Of a stretch of 56,245 nucleotides of DNA, positions 31,006-40,951 are shown in pieces. Source of the DNA: an uncultured virus (IMG/VR IMGVR_UViG_3300031521_000020) (Duplodnaviria; Heunggongvirae; Uroviricota; Caudoviricetes). The translations under genes and the position numbers were made by a program. The stretch is from the IMG/VR virus record IMGVR_UViG_3300031521_000020, one strand, 5' to 3'. Each line of letters starts with the position of its first letter. The first letter of the stretch is position 1. The notes below the pieces were generated by a model. It had not been told where the DNA came from, did not search any database, and saw nothing but the letters and a program-made list of their open reading frames with translations.

Positions 31006-31374
31006 TTAATCTAATTTCAAATCAATTGCTTGTGTCATTTCACCTAATTTAACAAATAAGGTTGCCGAAATTAAAATATCATCAACTTCACCGATAAAAA
31101 TAGTAGCTTCCAAATCTCTTGAATGTAAATCTAAATCTGTTAAATCATATTTACAATCCCCAAACACTTCTAAATCGACTTCTAACGTTAAATCAACCTC
31201 TGTTTTTTCACCATCGAAAAACCAATTAGAATTAACAATATCCAAAATAAATTCCCTATTTTCACGTTTTAAAGTGATTGAGCCAAACCCCTCTTCCAAA
31301 TCATTGTTACTGACATTTCCATCAAAAACAACAACCGCATGTAAAATAGTAGCACCTTTAATTTCTTTTTCCAT
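31006..31374 (-). CDS. acidic hypothetical protein
   Basis: co-oriented ORF. Confidence 0.8.
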   Translation of the reverse strand: MEKEIKGATILHAVVVFDGNVSNNDLEEGFGSITLKRENREFILDIVNSNWFFDGEKTEVDLTLEVDLEVFGDCKYDLTDLDLHSRDLEATIFIGEVDDILISATLFVKLGEMTQAIDLKLD

Positions 31375-31389
31375 AATATTTTTAGTTTG

Positions 31390-31689
31390 TTAAATTTTTT
31401 CAAAATAGTGAATATATGTACCTCTTTCGGTATCACAATTGTAATATGAGTAAGATTCGCATTGACTTTTAAAGGATAAATCACTATCTGTATCAAAAGA
31501 ATGCATACAATTAAACAAATGATTTGATATAGGGCAAACACTTTGATAAGGTTGAAATGGTATTTTATTTGATGACTGAATAAATACAGTAATTCCATCA
31601 GCATAAAGCTTTTTAGCTTTAACTATATTAATTTGTTTTAGTGTTGTCATTTCACCAAATAAATTACCTGTAACTTGAATGTTTTTCAT
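31390..31689 (-). CDS. hypothetical protein
   Basis: YYNC..E.G.Y..Y C-terminal motif. Confidence 0.8.
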   Translation of the reverse strand: MKNIQVTGNLFGEMTTLKQINIVKAKKLYADGITVFIQSSNKIPFQPYQSVCPISNHLFNCMHSFDTDSDLSFKSQCESYSYYNCDTERGTYIHYFEKI

Positions 31690-31698
31690 AATTAAATA

Positions 31699-31944
31699 TT
31701 ATTTAATTAATGTAATTTCTGTTTCAAATAAAAGTTCATCATCATTATCATAAAAAATGACTTCATAAGTGGTGGAATTAAAGTTGTTTATATTTTTATA
31801 TTCAACTACCTCAATTAAACTAGTATTACACAATTTCATATTTGCTTTAAATTCTTCCGAAGAGTATAAATCACGATTGTTAATTTGATTATCTTTAACA
31901 ATTGTTTCAATACTATATATTTTCAAAAAATCATCTATTTTCAT
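31699..31944 (-). CDS. hypothetical protein
   Basis: ORF after promoter 31978. Confidence 0.75.
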   Translation of the reverse strand: MKIDDFLKIYSIETIVKDNQINNRDLYSSEEFKANMKLCNTSLIEVVEYKNINNFNSTTYEVIFYDNDDELLFETEITLIK

Positions 31945-32018
31945 ATTACTTTATATTTGCTTTATTAAATTGATATACAAAGATATTATTTAACTTTGAT
32001 ATTCTAAAATGGAATTTG

Positions 32019-32288
32019 TTAAATTTGAGAAATTGTTTTTATAAATATTTCATCTGTATCATATACCCAAGTTTTAAAACGACCTTTAGTATTTTCATTG
32101 CGATGTTTAACCAATATAGCCGTAAAAATAATTAATGTTTTATCATCAATCATTAACGTTTCATCATATTCAACGTCAATACCCATAGTATAGTTATCAT
32201 TATTATTATTAGATATTAATGCGTATACTACCAAAAATGATTTTTTCATGTTGTTTAATTGTGTTGAACCTTTTTTCGGCGTATTCAT
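32019..32288 (-). CDS. hypothetical protein
   Basis: stop in promoter TTAA. Confidence 0.75.
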   Translation of the reverse strand: MNTPKKGSTQLNNMKKSFLVVYALISNNNNDNYTMGIDVEYDETLMIDDKTLIIFTAILVKHRNENTKGRFKTWVYDTDEIFIKTISQI

Positions 32289-32293
32289 TAATA

Positions 32294-32650
32294 TTAGAAT
32301 ATATGTATTTGTTTATCATCCCCCAAATAAATGTTACATTCTTTTGTTTTCCTACAAATTTCCTGTAACACATCGTTGTTATCATCAAAAAATCCTGCCC
32401 CATGTCCATTACGACTCAATAAGAAGTTATGACCTAATAAGCTATCAGTATAGGTATTCGCTTCTTCAATAGCTTCATTTGATTTTTCAATCTCTTTAAT
32501 GAAGTTGATAATATCTAATCTTGATATTTCAGTTGAATCATCGCAAACATCAATAATGGAATACCCATCAAATTCAACATCCACCCATAATAAAGTTTCT
32601 AAATAAGAATTAAGAACCTCATCTATATTAAAATGTTTTAACTTTACCAT
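32294..32650 (-). CDS. conserved hypothetical phage protein
   Basis: GHNFLLSRNGHGAGFFD motif recalled from phage/plasmid proteins. Confidence 0.85.
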   Translation of the reverse strand: MVKLKHFNIDEVLNSYLETLLWVDVEFDGYSIIDVCDDSTEISRLDIINFIKEIEKSNEAIEEANTYTDSLLGHNFLLSRNGHGAGFFDDNNDVLQEICRKTKECNIYLGDDKQIHIF

Positions 32651-32723
32651 AACTTTTTGTTATTTTATATTGTTTTATTTCTAATTGATATGCAAAGATA
32701 GTGTTTAACATTGACTTATGAAA
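32647..32723 (-). repeat. 77-bp promoter+leader+ATG duplicated at 36917-36993
   Basis: One mismatch between the copies. Confidence 0.9.
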
Positions 32724-32733
32724 ATGGAATTTG

Positions 32734-32913
32734 TTAAATATTCCATTTAGCTTTATACCTAATAATGAAATCATCAGGAAATTGTGAAACAAAACCACAA
32801 CGAGGGCAAACAAATTGACTACCATTGAAACGTGTACGAGGGTTATCACAGCCACCTCTTTCGTTTCTTGATATGTTATTACCGCAATACGGACTATAAT
32901 CTTTTTCGGTCAT
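32734..32913 (-). CDS. 59-aa Cys-containing (Zn-ribbon-like) protein
   Basis: MTEKDYSPYCGN...CPRCGF; stop in promoter TTAA; missed by track. Confidence 0.75.
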   Translation of the reverse strand: MTEKDYSPYCGNNISRNERGGCDNPRTRFNGSQFVCPRCGFVSQFPDDFIIRYKAKWNI

Positions 32914-32956
32914 AACTTTATTATGTTTTATTGATTAACTTCTTGATACAAAGATA

Positions 32957-32985
32957 AAAAAAGGTTTACTTTCGCAAACCTTTTT
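32957..32985 (-). terminator. Intrinsic terminator embedded in promoter
   Basis: GGTTTGC-GAAA-GTAAACC followed by T run. Confidence 0.7.
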
Positions 32986-32986
32986 G

Positions 32987-33175
32987 TTAAAAATTTTTTA
33001 AATCTTGTTTTGTAGCATATTCAAATAACTGAATAAATTGATGAAATTCTAAATCACAAAGACGTTTTGTTTCAAAATGTTCAAACATATATTCCCACCT
33101 GTTTGATTCATTCCAATCTAATAGATAGTAATAACTTCTACCCGAAACCTCTTTATCATCTATCAATTGTTTCAT
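32987..33175 (-). CDS. hypothetical protein
   Basis: stop in promoter TTAA. Confidence 0.75.
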   Translation of the reverse strand: MKQLIDDKEVSGRSYYYLLDWNESNRWEYMFEHFETKRLCDLEFHQFIQLFEYATKQDLKNF

Positions 33176-33182
33176 ACCTATA

Positions 33183-33497
33183 TTATTGTATTAAAAACTG
33201 ATTTAAAAGTTCTTCAATAGTGAAAAATGTTCTTCCATCAGGGTAATTTGGGGTATCATAATAAAATCTTTCACCATCAAAATTATATTCCTTTGCACAC
33301 CATATGCTAAAATCGCACATTTTATTTGTTAACTTTTGTTCAGCGAATATAACACCTTGCAAATGTGCTTCTTTTCTTGATTCATACATAGCCCTGTCTC
33401 TTGAACCGATTGGCATTAAGCTACCATAAGGAAATTGCTTGTAAGCATCCCTTGAAACCTCTTTTCTATCTATTAATACTTTTGGTTCTTTTTCCAT
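33183..33497 (-). CDS. hypothetical protein
   Basis: ORF after promoter 33536. Confidence 0.8.
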   Translation of the reverse strand: MEKEPKVLIDRKEVSRDAYKQFPYGSLMPIGSRDRAMYESRKEAHLQGVIFAEQKLTNKMCDFSIWCAKEYNFDGERFYYDTPNYPDGRTFFTIEELLNQFLIQ

Positions 33498-33576
33498 AAC
33501 TGTATGTGTTTATTATTTGATTAAATTTGATAATGCAAAGATACGGTTTAACAATGACATTCTAAAATAGAATTTG

Positions 33577-33789
33577 TTAAATAAAAATATCATTAGATAA
33601 AAAATTTATTAAATCTTCCGCTTTAAAAACATAACCATGACAATCATCACCACCATTTGCTTCAACTTTGAAGTCATATCTAAAATCTTTACTACCTATT
33701 GTTACATCTGCAAATCTATCACAACTTTCATGATATACATTTACTTTAACAATAACTTCTTTATTATTTATAGTTACAATTGCTTTCAT
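33577..33789 (-). CDS. hypothetical protein
   Basis: stop in promoter TTAA. Confidence 0.75.
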   Translation of the reverse strand: MKAIVTINNKEVIVKVNVYHESCDRFADVTIGSKDFRYDFKVEANGGDDCHGYVFKAEDLINFLSNDIFI

Positions 33790-33796
33790 TATTTGT

Positions 33797-33973
33797 TTAA
33801 ATTAAAAAATATATAATTGTTAAAGTTATAGATATTTCACTTATAAAGGCATATATAAAAACAGATGCCCCATTTATTAACCGCCCTCTCATTAAATGCG
33901 AACGCTCTACTATATCAGAAATAACATTTGCTATTGTAATAATCAACGTAAAATAAACAATTATACCCAACAT
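33797..33973 (-). CDS. small membrane protein
   Basis: two hydrophobic segments; start uncertain. Confidence 0.5.
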   Translation of the reverse strand: MLGIIVYFTLIITIANVISDIVERSHLMRGRLINGASVFIYAFISEISITLTIIYFLI

Positions 33974-34100
33974 TCGAGGAAAACCAAAATTTCGACAATA
34001 TAGGCAATTTATCAACCTCTTTTAAACGACTTACCTTTACTTTCAAACATAAGTTCATTGAATCCAAAATTGTAACTGCATCCATATAAAACGACTGAAT

Positions 34101-34298
34101 TTATTTATATATTAAACCTTTTTCGGCTTTTTCCAAATCTTTGTTTTCAGCACCCCTAAACCACGCATCCCAATAATTTTTAGAATTTGAATCCTTTTCA
34201 AGTAATCTAATAATCATTTCTTTTACATTCTCACCGTATGAGTTTATATCACTTAGTAAATTGTCCGCAATTTGTTCACTTGTTAGTATTTTTTCCAT
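34101..34298 (-). CDS. hypothetical protein
   Basis: co-oriented ORF. Confidence 0.7.
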   Translation of the reverse strand: MEKILTSEQIADNLLSDINSYGENVKEMIIRLLEKDSNSKNYWDAWFRGAENKDLEKAEKGLIYK

Positions 34299-34328
34299 AA
34301 AAGTATATGTTTAATTGTTTTTTTTAGG

Positions 34329-34342
34329 TACTCAAACGAGTA
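34329..34342. repeat. TACTC-N4-GAGTA palindrome 6
   Basis: TACTCAAACGAGTA, intergenic. Confidence 0.85.
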
Positions 34343-34355
34343 TTGTGATATTATA

Positions 34356-34616
34356 TTATTTTAAAATGGATGGATTTTTAGGATTTAAATTTAATTGGTT
34401 AAGAAATTTCAGATCAATACTATCACAAAATTCTGCATTACCATCATTTGTAATAAGCCATTTATAAGTAATAGCAAAATTACCTGAATTAGTTTCAAAA
34501 GATATAATTATGTGATTTGTATTATCAACCAAATAAAAACCTTTTGATATATCACTTGTATTAATAGCAACAATTTTTAAATTGTTTTTATCCGCAAAAT
34601 ATTTAACTATTCTCAT
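34356..34616 (-). CDS. hypothetical protein
   Basis: co-oriented ORF. Confidence 0.75.
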   Translation of the reverse strand: MRIVKYFADKNNLKIVAINTSDISKGFYLVDNTNHIIISFETNSGNFAITYKWLITNDGNAEFCDSIDLKFLNQLNLNPKNPSILK

Positions 34617-34632
34617 ATGTTTTTTATTTATT

Positions 34633-34947
34633 TTAATACCAAAGACCCATGTCAGTTTGAATTATTTGTTTATTATCCTGTAAATGAGAAATCACTTCAC
34701 TTGAACATATATCATAAACATATGCATCCTCCTGAATTTGTTTTTTAATAGCATCATCTTCATCATTTAAAAAGAAAATGTATTGATTCCAATCTACAGA
34801 AACATCACCATCTCTCACAAATACATCAAGCCATAGTTCAAGTCCACTTTTTTTGTCTTTAACCAATACCGAAAAACCATCGATTGCATCACCAGTATAT
34901 TTAATTGCTTTTGGATTGAAATTCTTTATTACCTTTAATATGTCCAT
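34633..34947 (-). CDS. hypothetical protein
   Basis: ORF after promoter 34990. Confidence 0.8.
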   Translation of the reverse strand: MDILKVIKNFNPKAIKYTGDAIDGFSVLVKDKKSGLELWLDVFVRDGDVSVDWNQYIFFLNDEDDAIKKQIQEDAYVYDICSSEVISHLQDNKQIIQTDMGLWY

Positions 34948-35030
34948 AACCTGAATGTTTTATATTGATTAATTAATTTTATTGTAATACAAAGATACGA
35001 ATTAGCATTTTAATATCAAAATCAAATATG

Positions 35031-35255
35031 TTAAATAAGATCTTTTGGATCAAAAAATACGTTATCCTGAATTGTACCATCAGAAAATTTAACAAGTCCT
35101 TTATTTAAACCAAATTTGTTAAATAAATGAAAAGCTGCTATTTCAGAATTGGTTTTAGGTTTTTTAACAATAGGAACAATACTAAGAACATCCACAACCT
35201 CAAAAGTACCTTTTTTACTGAAAGGGTGGTCTGTATATACTTTTACTTTTTTCAT
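35031..35255 (-). CDS. hypothetical protein
   Basis: stop in promoter TTAA. Confidence 0.75.
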   Translation of the reverse strand: MKKVKVYTDHPFSKKGTFEVVDVLSIVPIVKKPKTNSEIAAFHLFNKFGLNKGLVKFSDGTIQDNVFFDPKDLI

Positions 35256-35749
35256 AATGATTCAAATTTGTTGGTTAAAGTTTTTTCATTATTCAATATA
35301 CTGTTTCTGTCAAAACCTGAAACATATTTGAATAGGTTACTTAATGGTATTCTGTATTGTCTGCTATCAAGGTTTATAATAGTATCAGTACAAACAAGCA
35401 ACATTTTAGAATTAACATCAGTTATAAAAAATTTGTTAACCCCACAATGAACAACATCCCCAACCATCGGAACATAATCAAACAACGATTCATCATAGTT
35501 ATGTGATATGGCAAATTTAGGATTGTAAGAACGTTTAACATCAACTTTAATATTATTGTTATTATCCTTACAAGCATTAAAGAACTTACTTGCATCCTCA
35601 TCCTCTTCTAAATAAACCCTGTTCAATGTCATTCCTGAACACCCTGAAATATCCGATGGTTTTAAACCACTAAGCAAAAAATCTTTTTTTAATACAGAAT
35701 AATATCCGTGTGAACAATTATCAATGAATATTACTTTAATGGTTTTCAT
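35252..35749 (-). CDS. conserved hypothetical phage protein
   Basis: D..SHGY..V...IS..S...VYLEED.DA motif recalled from phage proteins. Confidence 0.85.
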   Translation of the reverse strand: MKTIKVIFIDNCSHGYYSVLKKDFLLSGLKPSDISGCSGMTLNRVYLEEDEDASKFFNACKDNNNNIKVDVKRSYNPKFAISHNYDESLFDYVPMVGDVVHCGVNKFFITDVNSKMLLVCTDTIINLDSRQYRIPLSNLFKYVSGFDRNSILNNEKTLTNKFESL

Positions 35750-35834
35750 AATATGAATGTGTTTTTATTTGATTTTATTTTAAATTCGATATGCAAAGAT
35801 ACGGTTTAACATCAATATATGAAAATGAAATATG

Positions 35835-36329
35835 TTAAAAAGATACAAATGTTTCAGGGTTAACATGTTCCTTTGATTCTTCTATTGATGTTCTGTATTG
35901 GCATATAAAAGTTTTACCTCTTTTACTACTCCACATACCGCCACCTAACGTATCAATATGATAACATTTAAATTGTTTGCTATATGTAAGTTTTAGTTCG
36001 TTATCATCTTTTAACACACCAACTGTTTTACTCCAAACACGACCCCATTTATCAGCGTATAAAGTTCTTATAGTATTACCTTTAAAATAAGGATGTTTGT
36101 ATTTTTTAAGTGAAATAATTTTATCAATTTTTGAATCTAAAAATAAAACAACTGCCATTGTTTCTTCATAAGAATGATGGTTTTCTTTTAAATACTTTTT
36201 AGCCAGTTTTATAGCATCATCTTCTGTTTTAACAAAACCGTTTTTTATTTGGGTTTTTAAATCCTTAATGAATTTATTTCTTAATTCGGGAATTATCCCA
36301 CTAAGTAAATATAAATCACATTTTCTCAT
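35835..36329 (-). CDS. basic hypothetical protein
   Basis: stop in promoter TTAA. Confidence 0.8.
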   Translation of the reverse strand: MRKCDLYLLSGIIPELRNKFIKDLKTQIKNGFVKTEDDAIKLAKKYLKENHHSYEETMAVVLFLDSKIDKIISLKKYKHPYFKGNTIRTLYADKWGRVWSKTVGVLKDDNELKLTYSKQFKCYHIDTLGGGMWSSKRGKTFICQYRTSIEESKEHVNPETFVSF

Positions 36330-36342
36330 AACATTACTTTAA

Positions 36343-36553
36343 TTATATATTAGCTTCTTTTAATGGGATAAAACCGTATAAATCAGAAAATTTATATACA
36401 CTATTAATTGTTTCTAAAACATCTATATTTGAAATATAAAAATCATCAAATACATCCCCAAATACTAATAAAATTAAATCGCTTTATTTCATCGTTAAAT
36501 TTATAATTAACAAGTAAAGCTTTAAGCTTATCTAAAAATTCTTGTGCTTCCAT
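36343..36553 (-). pseudogene. probable 69-aa gene with one extra base near 36483
   Basis: 211 nt from ATG to TAA after promoter 36589; removing 1 nt gives an open frame. Confidence 0.5.
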
Positions 36554-36650
36554 AACTGACTGATTTATTTATGTTTTATTTGATAATGCAAAGATAGACT
36601 TTAACAACCACATACCGAAATCTAATTTGTTAAATTATAGGCTTAATTTT

Positions 36651-36920
36651 TTATTCAATAACTTTTCTAACACATCTCCAAAATCCTGATGTTAAATCAA
36701 TCAAATCAGGATTGGGTTCAATATTCCCATTAAGTTCATCAATTTCAATTTGGCTTGTATATTCGTTTACTTCATCGATAAAACTCATACCACCCCAATG
36801 AACAAAGAATTTTTCAAATACACCCAATTTAAAATCACGAGGGTTTTCCTTACTGACTTTTACGTGTTTAATAAAACCGTTGTCAGTTTTATATCTTATT
36901 GTTTCAAAACTTGTTTCCAT
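36651..36920 (-). CDS. hypothetical protein
   Basis: single-gene promoter cassette. Confidence 0.8.
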   Translation of the reverse strand: METSFETIRYKTDNGFIKHVKVSKENPRDFKLGVFEKFFVHWGGMSFIDEVNEYTSQIEIDELNGNIEPNPDLIDLTSGFWRCVRKVIE

Positions 36921-37002
36921 AACTTTTTGTTATTTTATATTGTTTTATTTCTAATTGATATGCAAAGATAGTATTTAACATTGACTTATGAAATATTATT
37001 TG

Positions 37003-37776
37003 TTAAAAATGTCTAGTTGTTTCAAAATACACGCAATCATCTGTTACAACAAAATATATTTCACCAACATTTTCATATGAATAACCTTTCATTGTTTGAT
37101 TAGTAAATATGTAAGGGCAAACAATACTATTAATACCAATTGATTCAAATATATCCGTCAAATCGTAATTTTCAAGAATAAAGTTATCGGATAAATTTCT
37201 ATATTCGTTATATTTCTTCTTTGTTATCTTATCATCTTCGTTATTTTTTGAAGATTCAAGATAAGCTTCATAATATTTTTTAATATTTTCAGGATGACTT
37301 TCAATTATCAATTTAGTCATTCCTTGATATTTGAAGTTATAGTACTTTCGGTCTTCATCATTTCTATCATCAGAAAATGACCCATAACAATATGACCCGA
37401 TTAATGGCTCAAGCTCGTAAAAATAAATCGCTTTTTTATTAGGAAATAACCCATTAAGAAATGAAACTGCTTCAATCATGTCTTGACTATCTTTTCTTTC
37501 CTCAACATAATCTTTCCATGCTTTTTTATTAAGAAACTCAATAGTCTTTTCATCCTTAATAATTGGAATGTTAAATTCAATTTTAGCTTTCTCTTTTTTA
37601 CATTTATATTTAGAACAACAAAACGCCCACGATTCAATACCAATATAATAATGCTCAGTTTCTTTTAACAAATGTAAAGCTGTCATTTCAACACCACTCA
37701 TCATTTTAACTTTTACAGTATGCTTGATAGTGTGAAATTTCAAATTGTGCGGAAATACTCTTTTAGGTCTACCCAT
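37003..37776 (-). CDS. hypothetical protein, N-terminal GRPKR (AT-hook-like)
   Basis: 257-aa ORF. Confidence 0.85.
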   Translation of the reverse strand: MGRPKRVFPHNLKFHTIKHTVKVKMMSGVEMTALHLLKETEHYYIGIESWAFCCSKYKCKKEKAKIEFNIPIIKDEKTIEFLNKKAWKDYVEERKDSQDMIEAVSFLNGLFPNKKAIYFYELEPLIGSYCYGSFSDDRNDEDRKYYNFKYQGMTKLIIESHPENIKKYYEAYLESSKNNEDDKITKKKYNEYRNLSDNFILENYDLTDIFESIGINSIVCPYIFTNQTMKGYSYENVGEIYFVVTDDCVYFETTRHF

Positions 37777-37786
37777 GATAATATAT

Positions 37787-37987
37787 TTAATTAAAAATTT
37801 TTAATAAATTAACCTTTTCTATTTCACATTGTTTCTGACATAGTGTAATGAAAGAATCAATTCCAATTAAATCAAATACAGTATCATACATACATGTAAA
37901 CGCAAGCTCAACATCCCACCCATTTATAACTAAGATGATAAAACCATTTACGGCTGCATTTAATGAACGTGATTGTTTATTTTTCAT
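37787..37987 (-). CDS. hypothetical protein
   Basis: ATGA-coupled. Confidence 0.7.
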   Translation of the reverse strand: MKNKQSRSLNAAVNGFIILVINGWDVELAFTCMYDTVFDLIGIDSFITLCQKQCEIEKVNLLKIFN

Positions 37988-38352
37988 AACGATTGAATTA
38001 TAATACCTAAATCTATTAAATCATTTATACATTTATTCTTATAGTCTTCATTTCTTAACTGAATCATTTTAGATGACCGAATAGTAGGATTAATATCTTT
38101 TGAATAAATATTACTTAATTTACCAATTATTAATGTAAAGTGAATTGTAGCCTGTTTAGTTTGTATTGAAATCAAATTAGTACCTTTAATATATGGATTT
38201 TCACTACTCCAACGACCATTTTTATTACCACTTAATTCATACTCTATTAAACGGTTAGAACTTATCACAACATTTGAATCATCAAGTGAAAATGAAATTA
38301 TATCATCTTTAACCAACGATAAAAAGTCTTTAACTACTAAAAATGTTTTCAT
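37984..38352 (-). CDS. hypothetical protein
   Basis: ORF after promoter 38392. Confidence 0.8.
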   Translation of the reverse strand: MKTFLVVKDFLSLVKDDIISFSLDDSNVVISSNRLIEYELSGNKNGRWSSENPYIKGTNLISIQTKQATIHFTLIIGKLSNIYSKDINPTIRSSKMIQLRNEDYKNKCINDLIDLGIIIQSL

Positions 38353-38432
38353 TTTACTTTTAATTACATTTATTTAATTTATTTGATATAACAAAGATAA
38401 GCTTTAACTTTTATATATCGAAACCTAATTTG

Positions 38433-39230
38433 TTAAATAACGTTTGTTATAGGGAATATGTATTCTAAGTAATATCTTGTTAAAGAATAAACATCAGACC
38501 ATTTAGATTTTTCATTTGGGAAGTTAGTGTTAATAAATGATAATCCTGTATTATAATAATATTCTTTATCTATTTCTTTTTTAACTTCTGTTATTTTATA
38601 AACGTTTCCCAACATATCATCTACTTTAAAATCAGCTATTTTATTAGCCATTTCATTTTCAGCAAAATATTGTGAATGCAAATTAAAAACTTCATCACAA
38701 GCAAATGTTAACAAATCCAAGCTATGAGTAGAATCACCCACTTGACCAATTTTAACTTCTGTAAATTCAGGGCGAACCAATGAAAGGGAATTCCAAATTG
38801 AATGAACATCATCTTTTTCAATCATTTCAATCAGTGAAGGAAGTATTTGTTTCATTGTTAAAAAATGGTCATCAACATGTGCATCAGAGGTTTCATCATC
38901 CATTTTTTCACGGTCATCATTTATAGTGAAAACAGACATCCTATCTCGATATGAAATTTCTTTGTCCTTGTTAACAGTAATAAATGTAAAATGAGAACCG
39001 TATTGTCTTACCAATAAATAAACATTATCTTTAACCAATAAAAACCAATCATAGTTTTTACCCTCATGAAATTTGAGTTTATCAAAAGAGAATTTATCAT
39101 CAACTGTATTGATAGGTAAATACTTTAATAAATAATCAAAACTGAATCTTAACTTCTGCATGAGTTTATTTTTATAAACTATGTCACGTTTAAAATGGTC
39201 ATCATTGAAAGTGAAAATTTCTTTTATCAT
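38433..39230 (-). CDS. hypothetical protein
   Basis: 265 aa; stop in promoter TTAA. Confidence 0.85.
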   Translation of the reverse strand: MIKEIFTFNDDHFKRDIVYKNKLMQKLRFSFDYLLKYLPINTVDDKFSFDKLKFHEGKNYDWFLLVKDNVYLLVRQYGSHFTFITVNKDKEISYRDRMSVFTINDDREKMDDETSDAHVDDHFLTMKQILPSLIEMIEKDDVHSIWNSLSLVRPEFTEVKIGQVGDSTHSLDLLTFACDEVFNLHSQYFAENEMANKIADFKVDDMLGNVYKITEVKKEIDKEYYYNTGLSFINTNFPNEKSKWSDVYSLTRYYLEYIFPITNVI

Positions 39231-39302
39231 ATTGTTTATTTGATTAAATTGATATGCAATACAAATGTAGATAAAATAAACGGTTGACTAAAATTGAATT
39301 TG

Positions 39303-40061
39303 TTAAATTAGTTTATTTAACATTTTAAGTGCTTCTTCCATAGCCCGTCTATAACTAGTCCATTTAACATTTCCATTATCATCCACAACATTAAAACTAC
39401 CTATTTTAGCATAATAATGAGTTCCATCATCCCACCGTTTAATAATAATTTCTTCTTTTGTAGGCTTAATTTCATCAGGGTACTGTAATACACTACTTTC
39501 TCTTGTCTGAATGATTTTAAACCCATCTAATAAACCCATGTATTGCATTCCATTGGTAAGTAATAACGCATGACCTTTATCAATCGAATCATATCTATTT
39601 AAAAGTGTTTCATTTTCTAAATGAGATGCAGTGGTACAAGGTGCAACATTTTCTTTTAATAACTTACTAATTGAATTACCAAAAACAGTTATTAAATTAT
39701 CATCATCGTTATTTCGAATAAAATCACGTACACCATTTTCAATCTCTTTACCACAATATTTTTCAAAATGATGATATACCTCATTCTTTGTTTTAGCTAA
39801 TAAAAACCAATTAGGATAAACAGAATTATCTATTGCAACAATTCTTACAAAAACATAAGATTTTGGTGCAGTCAGTCTATTATCAGGATTTATTTGTCTA
39901 CCCATACAAATATCTAACGGTGGAGTATTACGTATGTTATCCCATACTTTCTTTTTAACATATGGCTTATCATAACATGAACAACAAAATATTCCCGATG
40001 GGGTATTATATAAACCCTCATTCGGCTTAAATTCATAACCACAACTTTTACATATTATCAT
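39303..40061 (-). CDS. hypothetical protein with N-terminal Zn finger
   Basis: CKSC...CCSC; stop in promoter TTAA. Confidence 0.85.
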   Translation of the reverse strand: MIICKSCGYEFKPNEGLYNTPSGIFCCSCYDKPYVKKKVWDNIRNTPPLDICMGRQINPDNRLTAPKSYVFVRIVAIDNSVYPNWFLLAKTKNEVYHHFEKYCGKEIENGVRDFIRNNDDDNLITVFGNSISKLLKENVAPCTTASHLENETLLNRYDSIDKGHALLLTNGMQYMGLLDGFKIIQTRESSVLQYPDEIKPTKEEIIIKRWDDGTHYYAKIGSFNVVDDNGNVKWTSYRRAMEEALKMLNKLI

Positions 40062-40091
40062 AATAACTAACTTTATTAAATTTATATATTA

Positions 40092-40391
40092 TTATAATCC
40101 TATACCTAAAATATCATCATTATCATTTGATACACAATACCATTCTTCTTCTGTTATTATTCCATTAATACCCATACCTTTTAATTCATCAGTTCTATCT
40201 TTTATAGTTTCACTATTGATTTTAATTTGTGGATATGTACCTGTATAAATAGTTGATGGCATTTTAAACGCCTGAACTTCAAAAATAGATGGTAAGTTTT
40301 CACCAAACATATTATCATCGACGGCTGCAACTATAATCATTTTGCCGTTTACAGATTTTTGACAAATCATTTTAAAATAAGATGTTTTCAT
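40092..40391 (-). CDS. hypothetical protein
   Basis: ORF after promoter 40440. Confidence 0.8.
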   Translation of the reverse strand: MKTSYFKMICQKSVNGKMIIVAAVDDNMFGENLPSIFEVQAFKMPSTIYTGTYPQIKINSETIKDRTDELKGMGINGIITEEEWYCVSNDNDDILGIGL

Positions 40392-40485
40392 TTATTTACT
40401 TTTATTTGTTTAATTATTTATTTTTAATTAATTACCATACAAAGATACTGTTTAACGTTGATATATAGAAATGGAATTTGTTAAA

Positions 40486-40875
40486 TTAATTAGTTTTGTA
40501 ATCCCAATTTCCAATAATAATAGCTTTAACTTCAATAAACTCACAAACCATATTAACATTTTTATCAACAATTTCAAAATACATTCTTTTTATAATTGTC
40601 AGCTTATCTGAATACAACTTCTGTCCATTATTTACAAGGTTATATTTTAATTTCTGAATTAAACTATTAAATACTTCTCTATATATAACAGTTGTATATT
40701 TAGAATTGCCACTACCCAAAGAATAAATCTCATAAGGTATAGATGTACTAAGTTTAAAACAATGAGCGTTATTACCATTGTTAAAGTCAGTAATTATATT
40801 AATATTAGAATCAGTCTTTCTATACTGCTCTAAATATATCATAAAATTATCAGGTAACAAACCAACGTATTCCAT
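40486..40875 (-). CDS. hypothetical protein
   Basis: ORF after promoter 40907. Confidence 0.8.
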   Translation of the reverse strand: MEYVGLLPDNFMIYLEQYRKTDSNINIITDFNNGNNAHCFKLSTSIPYEIYSLGSGNSKYTTVIYREVFNSLIQKLKYNLVNNGQKLYSDKLTIIKRMYFEIVDKNVNMVCEFIEVKAIIIGNWDYKTN

Positions 40876-40951
40876 AAGACTATTGTTTTAATTATATTTG
40901 ATATGACAAAGATAAACTATTAAAACCATTATAGGAAATGGAATTTGTTAA

